The position numbers were made by a program, and so were the translations under genes. The notes under the pieces are model-generated. The model was given only the letters and a program-made list of their open reading frames with translations, did no database searches and was not told the DNA's origin. From an uncultured delta proteobacterium (lineage in GTDB: Bacteria; Desulfobacterota; Binatia; Binatales; Binataceae), in contig CAVXXK010000001.1 of assembly GCA_963765675.1 (NCBI GenBank), positions 1,856,001-1,920,000 on the forward strand: DNA of 64,000 nucleotides. The letters run 5' to 3'. Shown piece by piece: positions 9,829 through 18,973 of the stretch (its first letter is position 1; each line of letters begins with the position of its first letter).

Positions 9829-11106
9829 GTGAAACCGTCTGCTCTCCGTAACGCACTGGCGCGTACGCGATCTCACGACGCTACGGAAGCGGCACAAGCA
9901 ACCTCTCAACAGAGCCGGCGATTCGATGATTACTTTTCGATCGTCTCTGCTCTTGCCGCGGTGATTCTTGCTGCGGTCGCGGCTCTTCATATCGTTCAAA
10001 CTCTGCGGCGGTTGTCGGAGCGCTACGCACTGTATGACTTCGCGGGCTATTACCGATGGGGACAGAGCTATCAGAGCGGGATCGAGTGGTGGGCGCGGAC
10101 GCGTTGTAACTACACGCCGTTTTTTGTCGGCGCGTTCGCGCCGCTCGCGCGAATCGACGCGCCGTCGTTGCATCTCGGATGGCAAATTTTCCAGGTCGCA
10201 TGCCTGATCGCTGCGATCATCTTGATTGCGCGCAGTGCCGGAATTTTTTCGGCGAGCGCGATCGTTATCCTCGCCTCGATCGCGGTACTCTCCCGCACCT
10301 GCGACCAGGTGCTGTTTTTCGGCCAGTTCGCACCTCTCCTGCTGGTGCTGATGGTGGGGTCGTGGACGCTCGCGCGGGCGAATCGCGACGCAGGCAGTGC
10401 GCTCCTGCTGGCGATAGCGATTCTGCTGAAACTCTATCCGGGCATCCTGCTCGGCTACTACCTGGTCTGCAGGAAATGGCGGCTCCTGATTTGGACGGGA
10501 GTGTTCCTCGCGGCCGGAATTCTCGCGAGCGGTCTTGTGAATTGGTATGGATTCGTCGTTTACGGGCTGCCGCATTCCAGAGAGATATTGGCGCGAGGAT
10601 TTTGGCGAGACCGCGTTTCTCTTTTCAACCTCGTCTGGGGACTTGAAGCGACGAGTGTGGCTCCTTCGTGGTGGACGGTATTCGCACCGACCGCCGCCGT
10701 CAGCATCGTGTTGGTAATTGCGGCAGCGCTCGAGACCGTTGCAGCGCGAGAGTGGTCGCTCGACGGAATATATTTCAGCCTGTGGCTCGCGCTCGGTCTG
10801 CTGCTCGCGCCAATCGCGTGGCATCACGAGATCGTTATTTTGTTCCCGCTGTATTTCTTTGGAGCGCTGAGCGTCGCGCGGATCGTGCGCGAAGCGGATC
10901 TCACGACTTACGCCCGCGTGGGATTTTTCGTGATTGCGATCGCGATGCTGATTGTCCTGGTTGGACGCGAGTACGCCTCGCTGTTCAAGAATGTGATGCC
11001 CACCTATCTGGTTCCGATCTGCGCTTTTATCGCCGGATTGATTGTCGCCGAAGAGCAGCGCCCGGAGATGCGGCCGGGGATTAGTGGCACAGGCCTTAGC
11101 CTGTGA
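9829..11106 (+). CDS. Glycosyltransferase family 87 (DUF2029) multi-TM protein
   Basis: DFAGYY, NYTPFF, FFGQ, LAIAILLKLYPG, APIAWHH motifs; about 10 TM segments. Confidence 0.8.
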   Translation: MKPSALRNALARTRSHDATEAAQATSQQSRRFDDYFSIVSALAAVILAAVAALHIVQTLRRLSERYALYDFAGYYRWGQSYQSGIEWWARTRCNYTPFFVGAFAPLARIDAPSLHLGWQIFQVACLIAAIILIARSAGIFSASAIVILASIAVLSRTCDQVLFFGQFAPLLLVLMVGSWTLARANRDAGSALLLAIAILLKLYPGILLGYYLVCRKWRLLIWTGVFLAAGILASGLVNWYGFVVYGLPHSREILARGFWRDRVSLFNLVWGLEATSVAPSWWTVFAPTAAVSIVLVIAAALETVAAREWSLDGIYFSLWLALGLLLAPIAWHHEIVILFPLYFFGALSVARIVREADLTTYARVGFFVIAIAMLIVLVGREYASLFKNVMPTYLVPICAFIAGLIVAEEQRPEMRPGISGTGLSL

Positions 11107-11177
11107 TTCTTTCGCTTCCCGATTGCGGCGCGGTCGGGATAGATTCTGTCGCATCAACAAGTGCCGGGAGGTTCGCG

Positions 11178-11987
11178 ATGCCGAAATTCGTCAAGCTGGA
11201 AACGCCGTCGGAGGGAGTCGCGCTGGTCACGATGACCAATCCCGCGATCAATAATCACGGCTCGTGGATCGCGATCGCGGAACTGGCCGCCTCGATCAAG
11301 CAGGCGCGCGAGGCGGGCGCGCGCGTCGCGGTGCTCGCGTCGGGAGTGCCGGGGCATTGGTTCGAGCACGCATGGCTGCAGGACCTGGCCGACGGAATCG
11401 AGGGCAAGCCGACCACCGCGGAAGGCGCGGCATGGTTTCGCGCGCTGGTAGAAATCGGCAAGACCCACGTGGTCACGATTGCCGCCGTCTCGGGCGATTG
11501 TTCGGGCGGAGGCGCGGAGCTCGGATGGGCCTGCGACATGAGAATCGCCGAGGAGCAGGCGCTGTTTGGGCAGCCGGAGGTGCAGATCGCGCTGACCACG
11601 GGAATCGGCGGGACGAGCAGGCTCGCGCGGCTTATCGGACGTACGGCGACAGCGGAAATGGTGATGCTCGGGCGGCCGATGACGGCGCGGCGAATCTACG
11701 AGCTCGGCGGAATCAACGAAGTGGTTCCGGAGGGCAAGTCGGTCGAGATCGCGCTCGAATGGGCGCGGACGCTGGCCACGCGGCCGGCGAAAGCGCTCGC
11801 GACGCTCAAGCAGATTCTAATCGACAACGATGATCTGAATTTGACCGACGCATTAGCCAACGAGCAGCGCCTGTTCCAAACGGTAGCTACAACTCCCGAA
11901 TCGATCGCCACGATGCGCCAGATCCAAGCCCGCTTCGACCAAGGCGAAAAAATCCGCGACGTCTACGGCCTCCCGCGCAAGGTGTAA
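11178..11987 (+). CDS. Enoyl-CoA hydratase/isomerase family protein
   Basis: GDCSGGGAELGWACDMRIA, FGQPEVQI, GGTSRLARLIG; RBS ggagg before ATG 11178. Confidence 0.9.
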   Translation: MPKFVKLETPSEGVALVTMTNPAINNHGSWIAIAELAASIKQAREAGARVAVLASGVPGHWFEHAWLQDLADGIEGKPTTAEGAAWFRALVEIGKTHVVTIAAVSGDCSGGGAELGWACDMRIAEEQALFGQPEVQIALTTGIGGTSRLARLIGRTATAEMVMLGRPMTARRIYELGGINEVVPEGKSVEIALEWARTLATRPAKALATLKQILIDNDDLNLTDALANEQRLFQTVATTPESIATMRQIQARFDQGEKIRDVYGLPRKV

Positions 11988-12709
11988 GAGTGGGGAACGG
12001 CCGCGCCAAAGCACTGCAGCCGGCCAGCGGCGAGATGAGGTTCCAGCTAAAGAAGAATCAGTCCTGCAGTCCAGAGGTCTATTCTGATTGCAAACCATAC
12101 GCGTGTCGTCCGATGCAGACCCATCGTAGAGTCGGGCTCGCGCGACTCCTGTCAAGAAAGGCATTAAACTTCTGCAGCGTAAGAGAAAATTGAATCCTGG
12201 TACTCGAGCACGATAAAAAACCGAGCTAGGGCCCGACCCATTTGCGCAGGGGAAGGGAGTCAGAACCCGAACCGCGATGACAACACCGGTTGCGCGCTGG
12301 GGGCGGGAGCCTTCTGCAGCGGAGGTGTATTAGAAGGCGCACCAGTTGCCCCAACCGGAGATGAGGAGCCTTCGGCCGGTATGACACCGCTCTCTACGCT
12401 GAGAATCTCCACATAGAGCGGGTGGCGTTTGTGCATTAGTTGGCGCGGGATCGGCGGATTTTCCGAGCCACTGAAGAGGTCCTCGAAAAAGTTCACCAGG
12501 CTGAGCCAGCAAGGGAGCAAGGCCTCTGCCAAGGAGAGTTCCGAGACAGGTGCTCTCAATCACCTCTGCGACACAGCGCCCGTGTAATCGCTTCACGGGG
12601 CGTCATTTACTCGGGTAGGGTGTGGTTTCCACTCAAATCCTTGACATAAACTGGAAACCTATAATATTTAACTCAAATCTCAAATTTAACCATCTAAGCG
12701 TGACCAAAC

Positions 12710-13220
12710 ATGAAGGCTTTACGGCTGTTTTCATTAATCGGCACTGTCCTCCTGCTCAGTGGCGCTGCCCTGACGCTAACCTCGTCTTATGCTCGCGCGC
12801 AGGATGGCTCTGTTTTTGATAGCCAGCAGCAGTCGCAGAGCGATATCGGCACATCGCCGGACGCGAAGAAGCCTCCGCTAACGGTCAGCGGAGCCTGGTC
12901 AGGAACGCTCGAAGATAATTTGGCGGGAGCGGGAACCCTGAATGTCGATTTTACTGAAGCTCCGAATGGGCAGCTGAGCGGGAATTGGTCGTTCACGTTC
13001 GAATCGGGAACCGACACAGGCACCATCGTTGGCAAAGCCACCGCAACGAAGGTCAAAATTGCGTTCGTATTCACTCCAAAGGCGCCCTTCATTCATTGCA
13101 AATTCTCGGTGAGCGACGCGCACGCCACCGATACCGAAATAGCCGGAAATTATCATTTCACGGCGATGCGGGCAGCTTACGCATAAGGAGCGCGGCGCCT
13201 TGGAAATCTCGCCGGAGTAG
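12710..13220 (+). CDS. Secreted beta-rich hypothetical protein; apparent +1 frameshift near 13166
   Basis: Signal peptide (ARA-Q), VSGAWSGTL, LSGNWSF. ORF as given ends 13186; removing one base yields ...FTACGQLTHKERGALEISPE* ending 13220. Confidence 0.6.
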
Positions 13221-13240
13221 CGCGACAGGCGGTCCGACGG

Positions 13241-13465
13241 TCAACTAGCGTCGGGGAGGCTGACGCTGACGCCTCCTCCGTCGGTTACTCGGCTGCCCAC
13301 TTGGGCGGTTGAGGTTCTTATCGACGAACTCACTTTCTGGCCGGTGGTGCGCATGCCGCCAAATGCTGTCACCGCGATCGCGGCGAGCAGCAGGGCGTAC
13401 TCGACCATCGTCTGACCGCGTGCGGCGCCGAGAGCGCTCGCGCGCTTGATTGGATTCGTTGTCAA
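13241..13465 (-). CDS. flp: Flp/Fap type IVb pilin
   Basis: RG|QTMVEYALLLAAIAV prepilin cleavage/Flp motif (G|xxxxEY) and hydrophobic helix; TTG start with RBS gagga. Confidence 0.8.
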   Translation of the reverse strand: MTTNPIKRASALGAARGQTMVEYALLLAAIAVTAFGGMRTTGQKVSSSIRTSTAQVGSRVTDGGGVSVSLPDAS

Positions 13466-13479
13466 TTGATTCCTCGGGG

Positions 13480-13725
13480 CTATCTGTGGCGCGGACGGCG
13501 AATCGCGCTCAGGATGAAGATCAAATCGGACTTGGTACGGACCGATCCGAGCATCGCGACGCGCGATAGAGCCTCGAGCTCGTGCGGCTGGACGTTGTGG
13601 CGGCGCAGAAGAGCGTGGTCCTCGCAAAACACCTCGAACACCGCGCGCTTGACTGATAGCTGACGCGGTTTCGCGGTTTCTTTGGTCGGCTCGTGGGCGG
13701 TATTTTCGTCCCGATGGGTCGGCAC
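13480..13725 (-). CDS. Small protein homologous to the C-terminal domain of the XRE regulator at 60088-60516
   Basis: RBS aggag before GTG; 20/50 ungapped identities to the regulator C-terminus (HNxxxxExExLSRVAxxGxVR..D..IL..R). Confidence 0.8.
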   Translation of the reverse strand: MPTHRDENTAHEPTKETAKPRQLSVKRAVFEVFCEDHALLRRHNVQPHELEALSRVAMLGSVRTKSDLIFILSAIRRPRHR

Positions 13726-13780
13726 TTTCGGTTACTCCTAAAGACACGCAGGATTACGCGTCCGGTATGGCAGACTCTAA

Positions 13781-13797
13781 CGCAGGGAGCGTGCCAG
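13781..13797 (-). promoter_or_regulatory. sigma54 (-24/-12) promoter for the small protein-flp operon
   Basis: Minus strand CTGGCACGCTCCCTGCG with exact GG-N10-GC spacing, about 55 nt before the start codon. Confidence 0.7.
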
Positions 13798-13911
13798 ATC
13801 GGAAAATCAACGAAAATACTGTTCTTTGTTTCAATCATCGGTGCGAGGGTGTCAAATAGTAGCAGTGATTAGGCGGTCTGATGTTTCATCGGAGCGGAAT
13901 AAGTAGAGTCT

Positions 13912-13930
13912 AATGCAACAAATTTGCATT
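13912..13930. promoter_or_regulatory. Palindrome, candidate enhancer-binding-protein UAS
   Basis: AATGCAA-caaat-TTGCATT, about 120 bp upstream of the sigma54 site. Confidence 0.4.
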
Positions 13931-13962
13931 CCGGGCAATCCAAGGCTGCCGCCCGGCAGCAG

Positions 13963-13989
13963 AAAAAAGGCGGCCCTTTCGGGCCGCCC
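13963..13989 (-). terminator. Rho-independent terminator
   Basis: Minus strand ggcggccc-gaaa-gggccgcc followed by tttttt, just after the oxidoreductase stop. Confidence 0.85.
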
Positions 13990-14012
13990 TGGTTCGCGAT
14001 ACGAGCGCGGGA

Positions 14013-15038
14013 TTATTGCGGATCGGAGAGCTTCAGTAGCTGCTTGCCGAAGTTGGCGCCGGTGAAGAGGCGGATGATGGTCTTGGGCGCGTTCTCGAGA
14101 CCGTGTTGAAGATCGATCTGATTTTTGATCTTGCCGTCGGCATACCACTTCGACAGTTCGGCGATCGCCTGCGGATATTTCTGCGCGAAGTGGAAGACCA
14201 GGAATCCTTCCATCCGGGCGCCGCGGAAGATCAGGTTGAAATAGTTTTTCGGCGGATGCGCCGCGACGCCTTCGGCCTCGTTGTATTGCGAGATCGCGCC
14301 GCACAGCACGACGCGCGCACCGTTGGAGATACGCGCCAGCGCCTGATCGAGGATCTCGCCGCCGACGTTGTCGAAGTAGATGTCGATTCCCTTGGGGCAA
14401 TGCTTCGACAACGCGTCGCCGACTTTTTCGTTCTTGTAGTCAATCGAGGCGTCGAAGCCAGCTTCCTTGGTGAGCCATTCGCACTTGGCGCGTCCGCCCG
14501 CGATTCCGACGACGCGGCATCCCTTGATCTTTGCGATCATCCCGGCGACCGAGCCGGTTGCTCCCGCCGCGCCCGAGACCACGAAGGTCTCGCCGGCCTT
14601 CGGCAATCCTACCAGGAGCGTGCCGAAGTAGGCCGTCAATCCGGTGGTGCCGAGGATCGAGAGCGCAAGGATCGGATCGGTGCCTGCCGGAAGCTTTTGC
14701 ATCCCGAAGATGCCTTCGCCCTCGCTGACCGTGTAGTCCTCCCATCCGAGCAGGCCCTGGATCAGGTCGCCCTTGGCAAAGCCGGGACGTTTGGATTCGA
14801 CGACCTGTCCGACTGCGCCCGCGCGCATCGGCTGTCCGAGCGGGATTGCGGGCATGTACGTGTCCATCGACATCCATCCGCGCTGCGTGGGATCGAAGGA
14901 GAAGGCGAGGTTGCGCACCAGGACCTGGCCGTCTTTGAGCCCGGGGACGGCGGCCTCGTTCCATTTGAAGTCGGTTTCTTTGATTAGGCCCTGCGGGCGC
15001 GACGCGATAAGCCATCTGCGATTTTTCAGTTCCGCCAT
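14013..15038 (-). CDS. NADP-dependent oxidoreductase (prostaglandin reductase/CurA-like, MDR)
   Basis: LGTTGLTAYFG, VVSGAAGATGS, GIDIYFDNVGG, CGAISQYN, GANFGK. Confidence 0.93.
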   Translation of the reverse strand: MAELKNRRWLIASRPQGLIKETDFKWNEAAVPGLKDGQVLVRNLAFSFDPTQRGWMSMDTYMPAIPLGQPMRAGAVGQVVESKRPGFAKGDLIQGLLGWEDYTVSEGEGIFGMQKLPAGTDPILALSILGTTGLTAYFGTLLVGLPKAGETFVVSGAAGATGSVAGMIAKIKGCRVVGIAGGRAKCEWLTKEAGFDASIDYKNEKVGDALSKHCPKGIDIYFDNVGGEILDQALARISNGARVVLCGAISQYNEAEGVAAHPPKNYFNLIFRGARMEGFLVFHFAQKYPQAIAELSKWYADGKIKNQIDLQHGLENAPKTIIRLFTGANFGKQLLKLSDPQ

Positions 15039-15117
15039 GTTGATTTCCTCTGTGATGATAGTGGGCTTGCTTGAGTTCGGCATTTATCCGATAGACAACT
15101 CTCGCACAAGGATTCGC

Positions 15118-15173
15118 AATCGCTGCACCCCCTCCTTTAATCCTCCCCCGTGAATAAACGGGGGAGGAATCAG
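15118..15173. repeat. Palindromic repeat family B (CTGCACCCCCTCCTTTAATCCTCCCCC..GGGGGAGGAATCAG)
   Basis: Near-identical copies at 17551-17605 (inverted) and 17798-17851. Confidence 0.85.
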
Positions 15174-15268
15174 ACGGGTCAACTGGGCGGGCGATCCGTG
15201 CTAGGGTTGCGCGGATAATCGCGGCGTGCGGGAATATCCTGCTCGCATCGGAGTATCGAGGAGTCACG

Positions 15269-16109
15269 GTGGCAGTGAAACCAAAGTCGGGCAAAGAGCG
15301 TCCGATCGTACGTAAGCGCGGCGCGGCCGGGAACAAGCCGGCGGATTCGCTGAGCGCGCGCAGAGGCGGGATGGCGGCACGACGACAGGCGGCGGATTCA
15401 TTCGCGATAAAAATCGCGGGGACGCGCACCTATATCGCCTACGCGATTCTGCTCGCGCTGGCGGCGCTGGTGCTCGCGATGCTCTATGCGGCCGCGCCTG
15501 CGCGCGCGCAGTCGGCAGCGCCGGCGCCGGCGGCTGCAGCCCGCCACCGACCCGATGGCGGCGGTCAAGGACGTCGTCAACCAGGCGATCGCGGTGTTCC
15601 GCAATCAGCAGATCTCGCAGACCGACCGGATGACGCAGCTCCGCGCGATCGCGGAGGCGCATATCGATTTCGCGAGCATGGCGCGCTCGTCGGTCGGGTA
15701 CCATTGGCGCACGCTGACGCCCCAGCAGCAGGCGCAATTCGTTCCGCTGTTCACGAAATTTATCGAGGACGTGGTGCTGTCGCGAATCCAGTCGTACTCG
15801 GTGCAGAAAATCCAGTCGCAAATTCAATCGACCACGATCAATTTCACGCGCGAGCTGACCAACGGATCCGACGCGCAGGTTTTCAGCACGGTGGTGGTGC
15901 AGGATCAGCCTAATCCGCTCGCCGTGAATTACATGCTGAGCGAGAATAACGGCCAGTGGATGATTTACGACATCACGGTGGACGCGATCAGCGTAATCGC
16001 GAATTACCGCAATCAGTTCAACCGGGTAATCAACAACGACGGCTACGACAAGCTGGTCAGTATCCTGCAGCAGAAGACCCAGTCGCTCGGCACCACGCTG
16101 GGGCAGTGA
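15269..16109 (+). CDS. mlaC: MlaC/Ttg2D family phospholipid-binding periplasmic protein; +1 frameshift at ~15541
   Basis: Signal peptide in one frame (…APARAQSAAP) and DFASMARSSVGYHW…WMIYDITVDAISVIANYRNQF in the next; an extra C in CCC 15540-15542 separates them. Confidence 0.8.
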
Positions 16110-16171
16110 GCGAGACTGCGTGAAGGGTCCGCGACGCTGGAAAGGCCGATAACACGAGGGCGGAAGGGGCG

Positions 16172-16537
16172 TTACTTATAGTACGGACCGCCGGTGGTTT
16201 CGGTTCCGGGGTCGAGGAATCTCAACCACGTCGCGATAGTCAGCGCGCGCCGCTTCTCCAGCGCGTCGCGGCATCGTTCCCACATCGGACCTTCGCCGCC
16301 GAGCGCGGCAGGCGTCCGGGTGGCTTTCCAATGCTCGCGGCTGTCGTAGCGGGTCAGCAGAATCACGGTATCGAAGTCCGGCGATCGCGCTTCGTGTTCG
16401 TCTTCGGTGACCAGCCACATCCCGATGATCCGCGCGCCAATTCTTTCGAAGTAGGGCCAAACGCCACGCGCGCTCAGGCGATGAAACTCGGCGAAGGCGC
16501 CCTTCTTGATTTGAAATGTTCGCTGCGTCGTGATCAT
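16172..16537 (-). CDS. NIPSNAP family protein
   Basis: RTFQIKKG..VWPYFERIGARIIGMW…LTRYDSREHW. Confidence 0.7.
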   Translation of the reverse strand: MITTQRTFQIKKGAFAEFHRLSARGVWPYFERIGARIIGMWLVTEDEHEARSPDFDTVILLTRYDSREHWKATRTPAALGGEGPMWERCRDALEKRRALTIATWLRFLDPGTETTGGPYYK

Positions 16538-16650
16538 CGGCAGATTACCGCCTGGTCCGGATTGCTTCGTTCGCGACGAAAAGTGTACGTGAACACGCAG
16601 CGGCACTACAATCGGCCATTCGGCGGCGTCGCCGGCCAGGAGCTTGCAAA

Positions 16651-17199
16651 ATGATTCTGAAAGTCGCGCGGCTCGGGTTTCCTTCGGTCAGAACTGTCGC
16701 ACAGGCGGTGCCGACGGCGCGGATTGCGGCGCCCGAGTTCCAGCGGCTAATCGACGACATGGTTGAGACGATGTACGAATACCACGGCGTCGGCCTGGCG
16801 GCGCCGCAGGTGCATCTGCCGATCCAGCTCGCGGTGCTCGAAGTCGAAAATCATCCGCGCTATCCCGATATGCCGTCGGTCCCGCTGACGGTGCTGATCA
16901 ATCCTGTGGTGACGGTCGTCAAGTCCGCGCCGATCGAGGATTGGGAGGGATGCCTGAGTATCCCGGACCTGCGTGGTCTGGTCCCGCGCGCGACCGAGGT
17001 GCGCGTGCAGGCGCTCGGGCGAAACGGAGAGCGGCTGGATTTCGTCGCGCGCGATTTTCATGCCCGGGTGATCCAGCATGAGACGGATCATCTGAAGGGC
17101 GAGGTCTATTTGGATCGGATGCCGGATCTGCGCAAGCTCGGATTTCTCGACGAATGGCAGCGCTTCCTGATGCCGCGGCAGAAACCGGACGAAGAGTAG
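16651..17199 (+). CDS. def: Peptide deformylase
   Basis: GVGLAAPQ, EGCLS, QHETDHL motifs. Confidence 0.96.
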   Translation: MILKVARLGFPSVRTVAQAVPTARIAAPEFQRLIDDMVETMYEYHGVGLAAPQVHLPIQLAVLEVENHPRYPDMPSVPLTVLINPVVTVVKSAPIEDWEGCLSIPDLRGLVPRATEVRVQALGRNGERLDFVARDFHARVIQHETDHLKGEVYLDRMPDLRKLGFLDEWQRFLMPRQKPDEE

Positions 17200-17205
17200 C
17201 GTCCG

Positions 17206-17499
17206 TTACTTGGGCGGGTAGGGGAGGTTGGGCGGTAGCTTGCCGGTTGCCTTGACGGTGCCGATCGCTTTGCGAAGCTCTTCGTTCTGGGCGGCGAGAT
17301 TCTGCTCCTCAGACTGAACGCTGCCGAGCTGGCCCTTGAGCTGGGTGTTCTGGTCGCGAAGCTCGTCGATCTGGTGGTTGAGCGCGGTGATCTGCTGCTG
17401 CATCTGATCCTCGGCCACCCGAGTTTGTCCGGCCCAGAGGTAGAAGAGAATCGCCGCTACAATCGCGACGATCACCGCGCCCGCTATTGCCTTACCCAT
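17206..17499 (-). CDS. Hypothetical membrane-anchored coiled-coil protein
   Basis: N-terminal TM helix followed by a Gln-rich heptad coiled coil. Confidence 0.65.
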   Translation of the reverse strand: MGKAIAGAVIVAIVAAILFYLWAGQTRVAEDQMQQQITALNHQIDELRDQNTQLKGQLGSVQSEEQNLAAQNEELRKAIGTVKATGKLPPNLPYPPK

Positions 17500-17550
17500 C
17501 GCACCACCGCGTCAAGAATAGGTGAGCCCCGACAAAACATAAAGCGGTGC

Positions 17551-17851
17551 CTGATTCCTCCCCCGTTATTCACGGGGGAGGATTAAAGGTGGGGGTGCAG
17601 CGATTTGCCTCGCGCCGTGAGATGTTCTTCTATCGTGTGCGCTTTCCGCGCGAGTGGTCTTGCCGATACGAATGATCCGCCGCGGGCTTCGTACATTTCG
17701 GAGCACGAGTGCTCGGGATTCCTCGCCTATGGCTCGGAATGACGATTGGGAGCTTCGGTGGCAGGAACATTATTCCTGCCGATGCGTGGATGTCGCCGCT
17801 GCACCCCCTCCTTTAATCCTCCCCCATGTCAGACAATGGGGGAGGAATCAG
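17551..17851. repeat. Family B REPIN-like doublet with nested family D half-repeat
   Basis: Inverted family B arms at both ends; internal gggattcctcgcctatggctcggaatgacg (17716-17744) matches 26432-26460. Confidence 0.8.
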
Positions 17852-17858
17852 ACGTGAA

Positions 17859-17888
17859 TTGACTTCTTACGGCTGGCGTCCGTACAAT
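17859..17888 (+). promoter_or_regulatory. sigma70-type promoter for the ABC operon
   Basis: TTGACT-18 nt-TACAAT. Confidence 0.5.
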
Positions 17889-18006
17889 GCCGGTGGATTT
17901 CGCGACTGACTGGAACGCGAGCTGGGGTATCTGAAGGCGCGAACTTTTCCGCCATCGCGTTCGTTTTCCCATCCAGACCCGCGAGCCCACAGGCAGATTG
18001 TCGTAA

Positions 18007-18960
18007 ATGATAGAGGTTCAAGGCCTTACCAAATTTTTCGGCTCGACGCGTGCGGTAAATCACGTTTCGTTCAAGGTCGAAAAGGGCGAGATTATCGGAC
18101 TGCTCGGCCCCAACGGCTCGGGCAAAACCACGATCATGCGGATCCTGACCGGATTCTTCCCGGCCACTTCCGGGCGTGCGTTTATCGGCGGGATCGACGT
18201 CGCCGAGCATTCGATCGAGACGCGCCGCAAAATCGGCTACCTGCCCGAGAACATGGTCCTGTACCCGGACCTGACCGTCACCGCGCTGTTGGAATTCGCC
18301 GCGCGGGTGCGCGGTCTCGACGCGAAGACCACGCGCGAACGGATCGAATTTTCAATCAGGACCTGCGGCCTGCAAGAGGTGCGTCACAAGCTGATCGGCA
18401 AACTCTCGAAAGGTTATCGTCAGCGGGTCGGAATCGCGCAGGCGGTGCTGCCCGACCCCGAGGTGCTGATCCTCGACGAGCCGACTGTCGGGCTCGATCC
18501 GCGCCAGGTGGTCGAGATCCGCGAGCTGATTCGCTCGCTCGCCGGGCGCTCGACGGTGCTGCTCTCGACCCACATCCTGCCCGAGGTCAACATGACCTGC
18601 CGGCGGGTGGTGATTATCGATCGCGGCAATATCGTCGCGCAGGATACTCCCGAAGAGCTGACCGCCAAGCTGCAGGGCAGCGACCAGACGCTGCTGACCG
18701 TCGCGGGGCCGGCGGATCAAATCAAGCAGGTGCTGAGCGAGGTTCCCAACGTCGAGCGGCTCGAGCAGCGTCCCGCGGAGAGCGGGCAGCCGGGCGCGTC
18801 GAGCTTTATCGCCTTTTCCAACGGTCATGGCGACGAGGTTCGTGGCGCGCTCGCAGCGGCAGTAGTCCAGCACGGATGGAGCCTGCTCGAGATCAAGCCG
18901 ATGGCGCTGTCGCTCGAAGATCTGTTCATGCGGCTGGTGACCAAGGAAGACCGGGTCTAG
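18007..18960 (+). CDS. ABC transporter ATP-binding protein (GldA-like)
   Basis: GPNGSGKTT, LSKGYRQRVG, LILDEPTVGLDP. Confidence 0.92.
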   Translation: MIEVQGLTKFFGSTRAVNHVSFKVEKGEIIGLLGPNGSGKTTIMRILTGFFPATSGRAFIGGIDVAEHSIETRRKIGYLPENMVLYPDLTVTALLEFAARVRGLDAKTTRERIEFSIRTCGLQEVRHKLIGKLSKGYRQRVGIAQAVLPDPEVLILDEPTVGLDPRQVVEIRELIRSLAGRSTVLLSTHILPEVNMTCRRVVIIDRGNIVAQDTPEELTAKLQGSDQTLLTVAGPADQIKQVLSEVPNVERLEQRPAESGQPGASSFIAFSNGHGDEVRGALAAAVVQHGWSLLEIKPMALSLEDLFMRLVTKEDRV

Positions 18961-18973
18961 CTTGAGGTAATCG

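Noticed and set aside
12350-12415. Glycine-riboswitch-like GAGAG-stem-GCCGAAGG on the minus strand
   Set aside because: The downstream CTCTCAGG element is missing and no glycine-related gene follows.
12641-12665. TTGACA..TATAAT promoter upstream of the secreted protein
   Set aside because: The perfect hexamers are only 13 nt apart; a promoter probably exists in this AT-rich region but cannot be placed.
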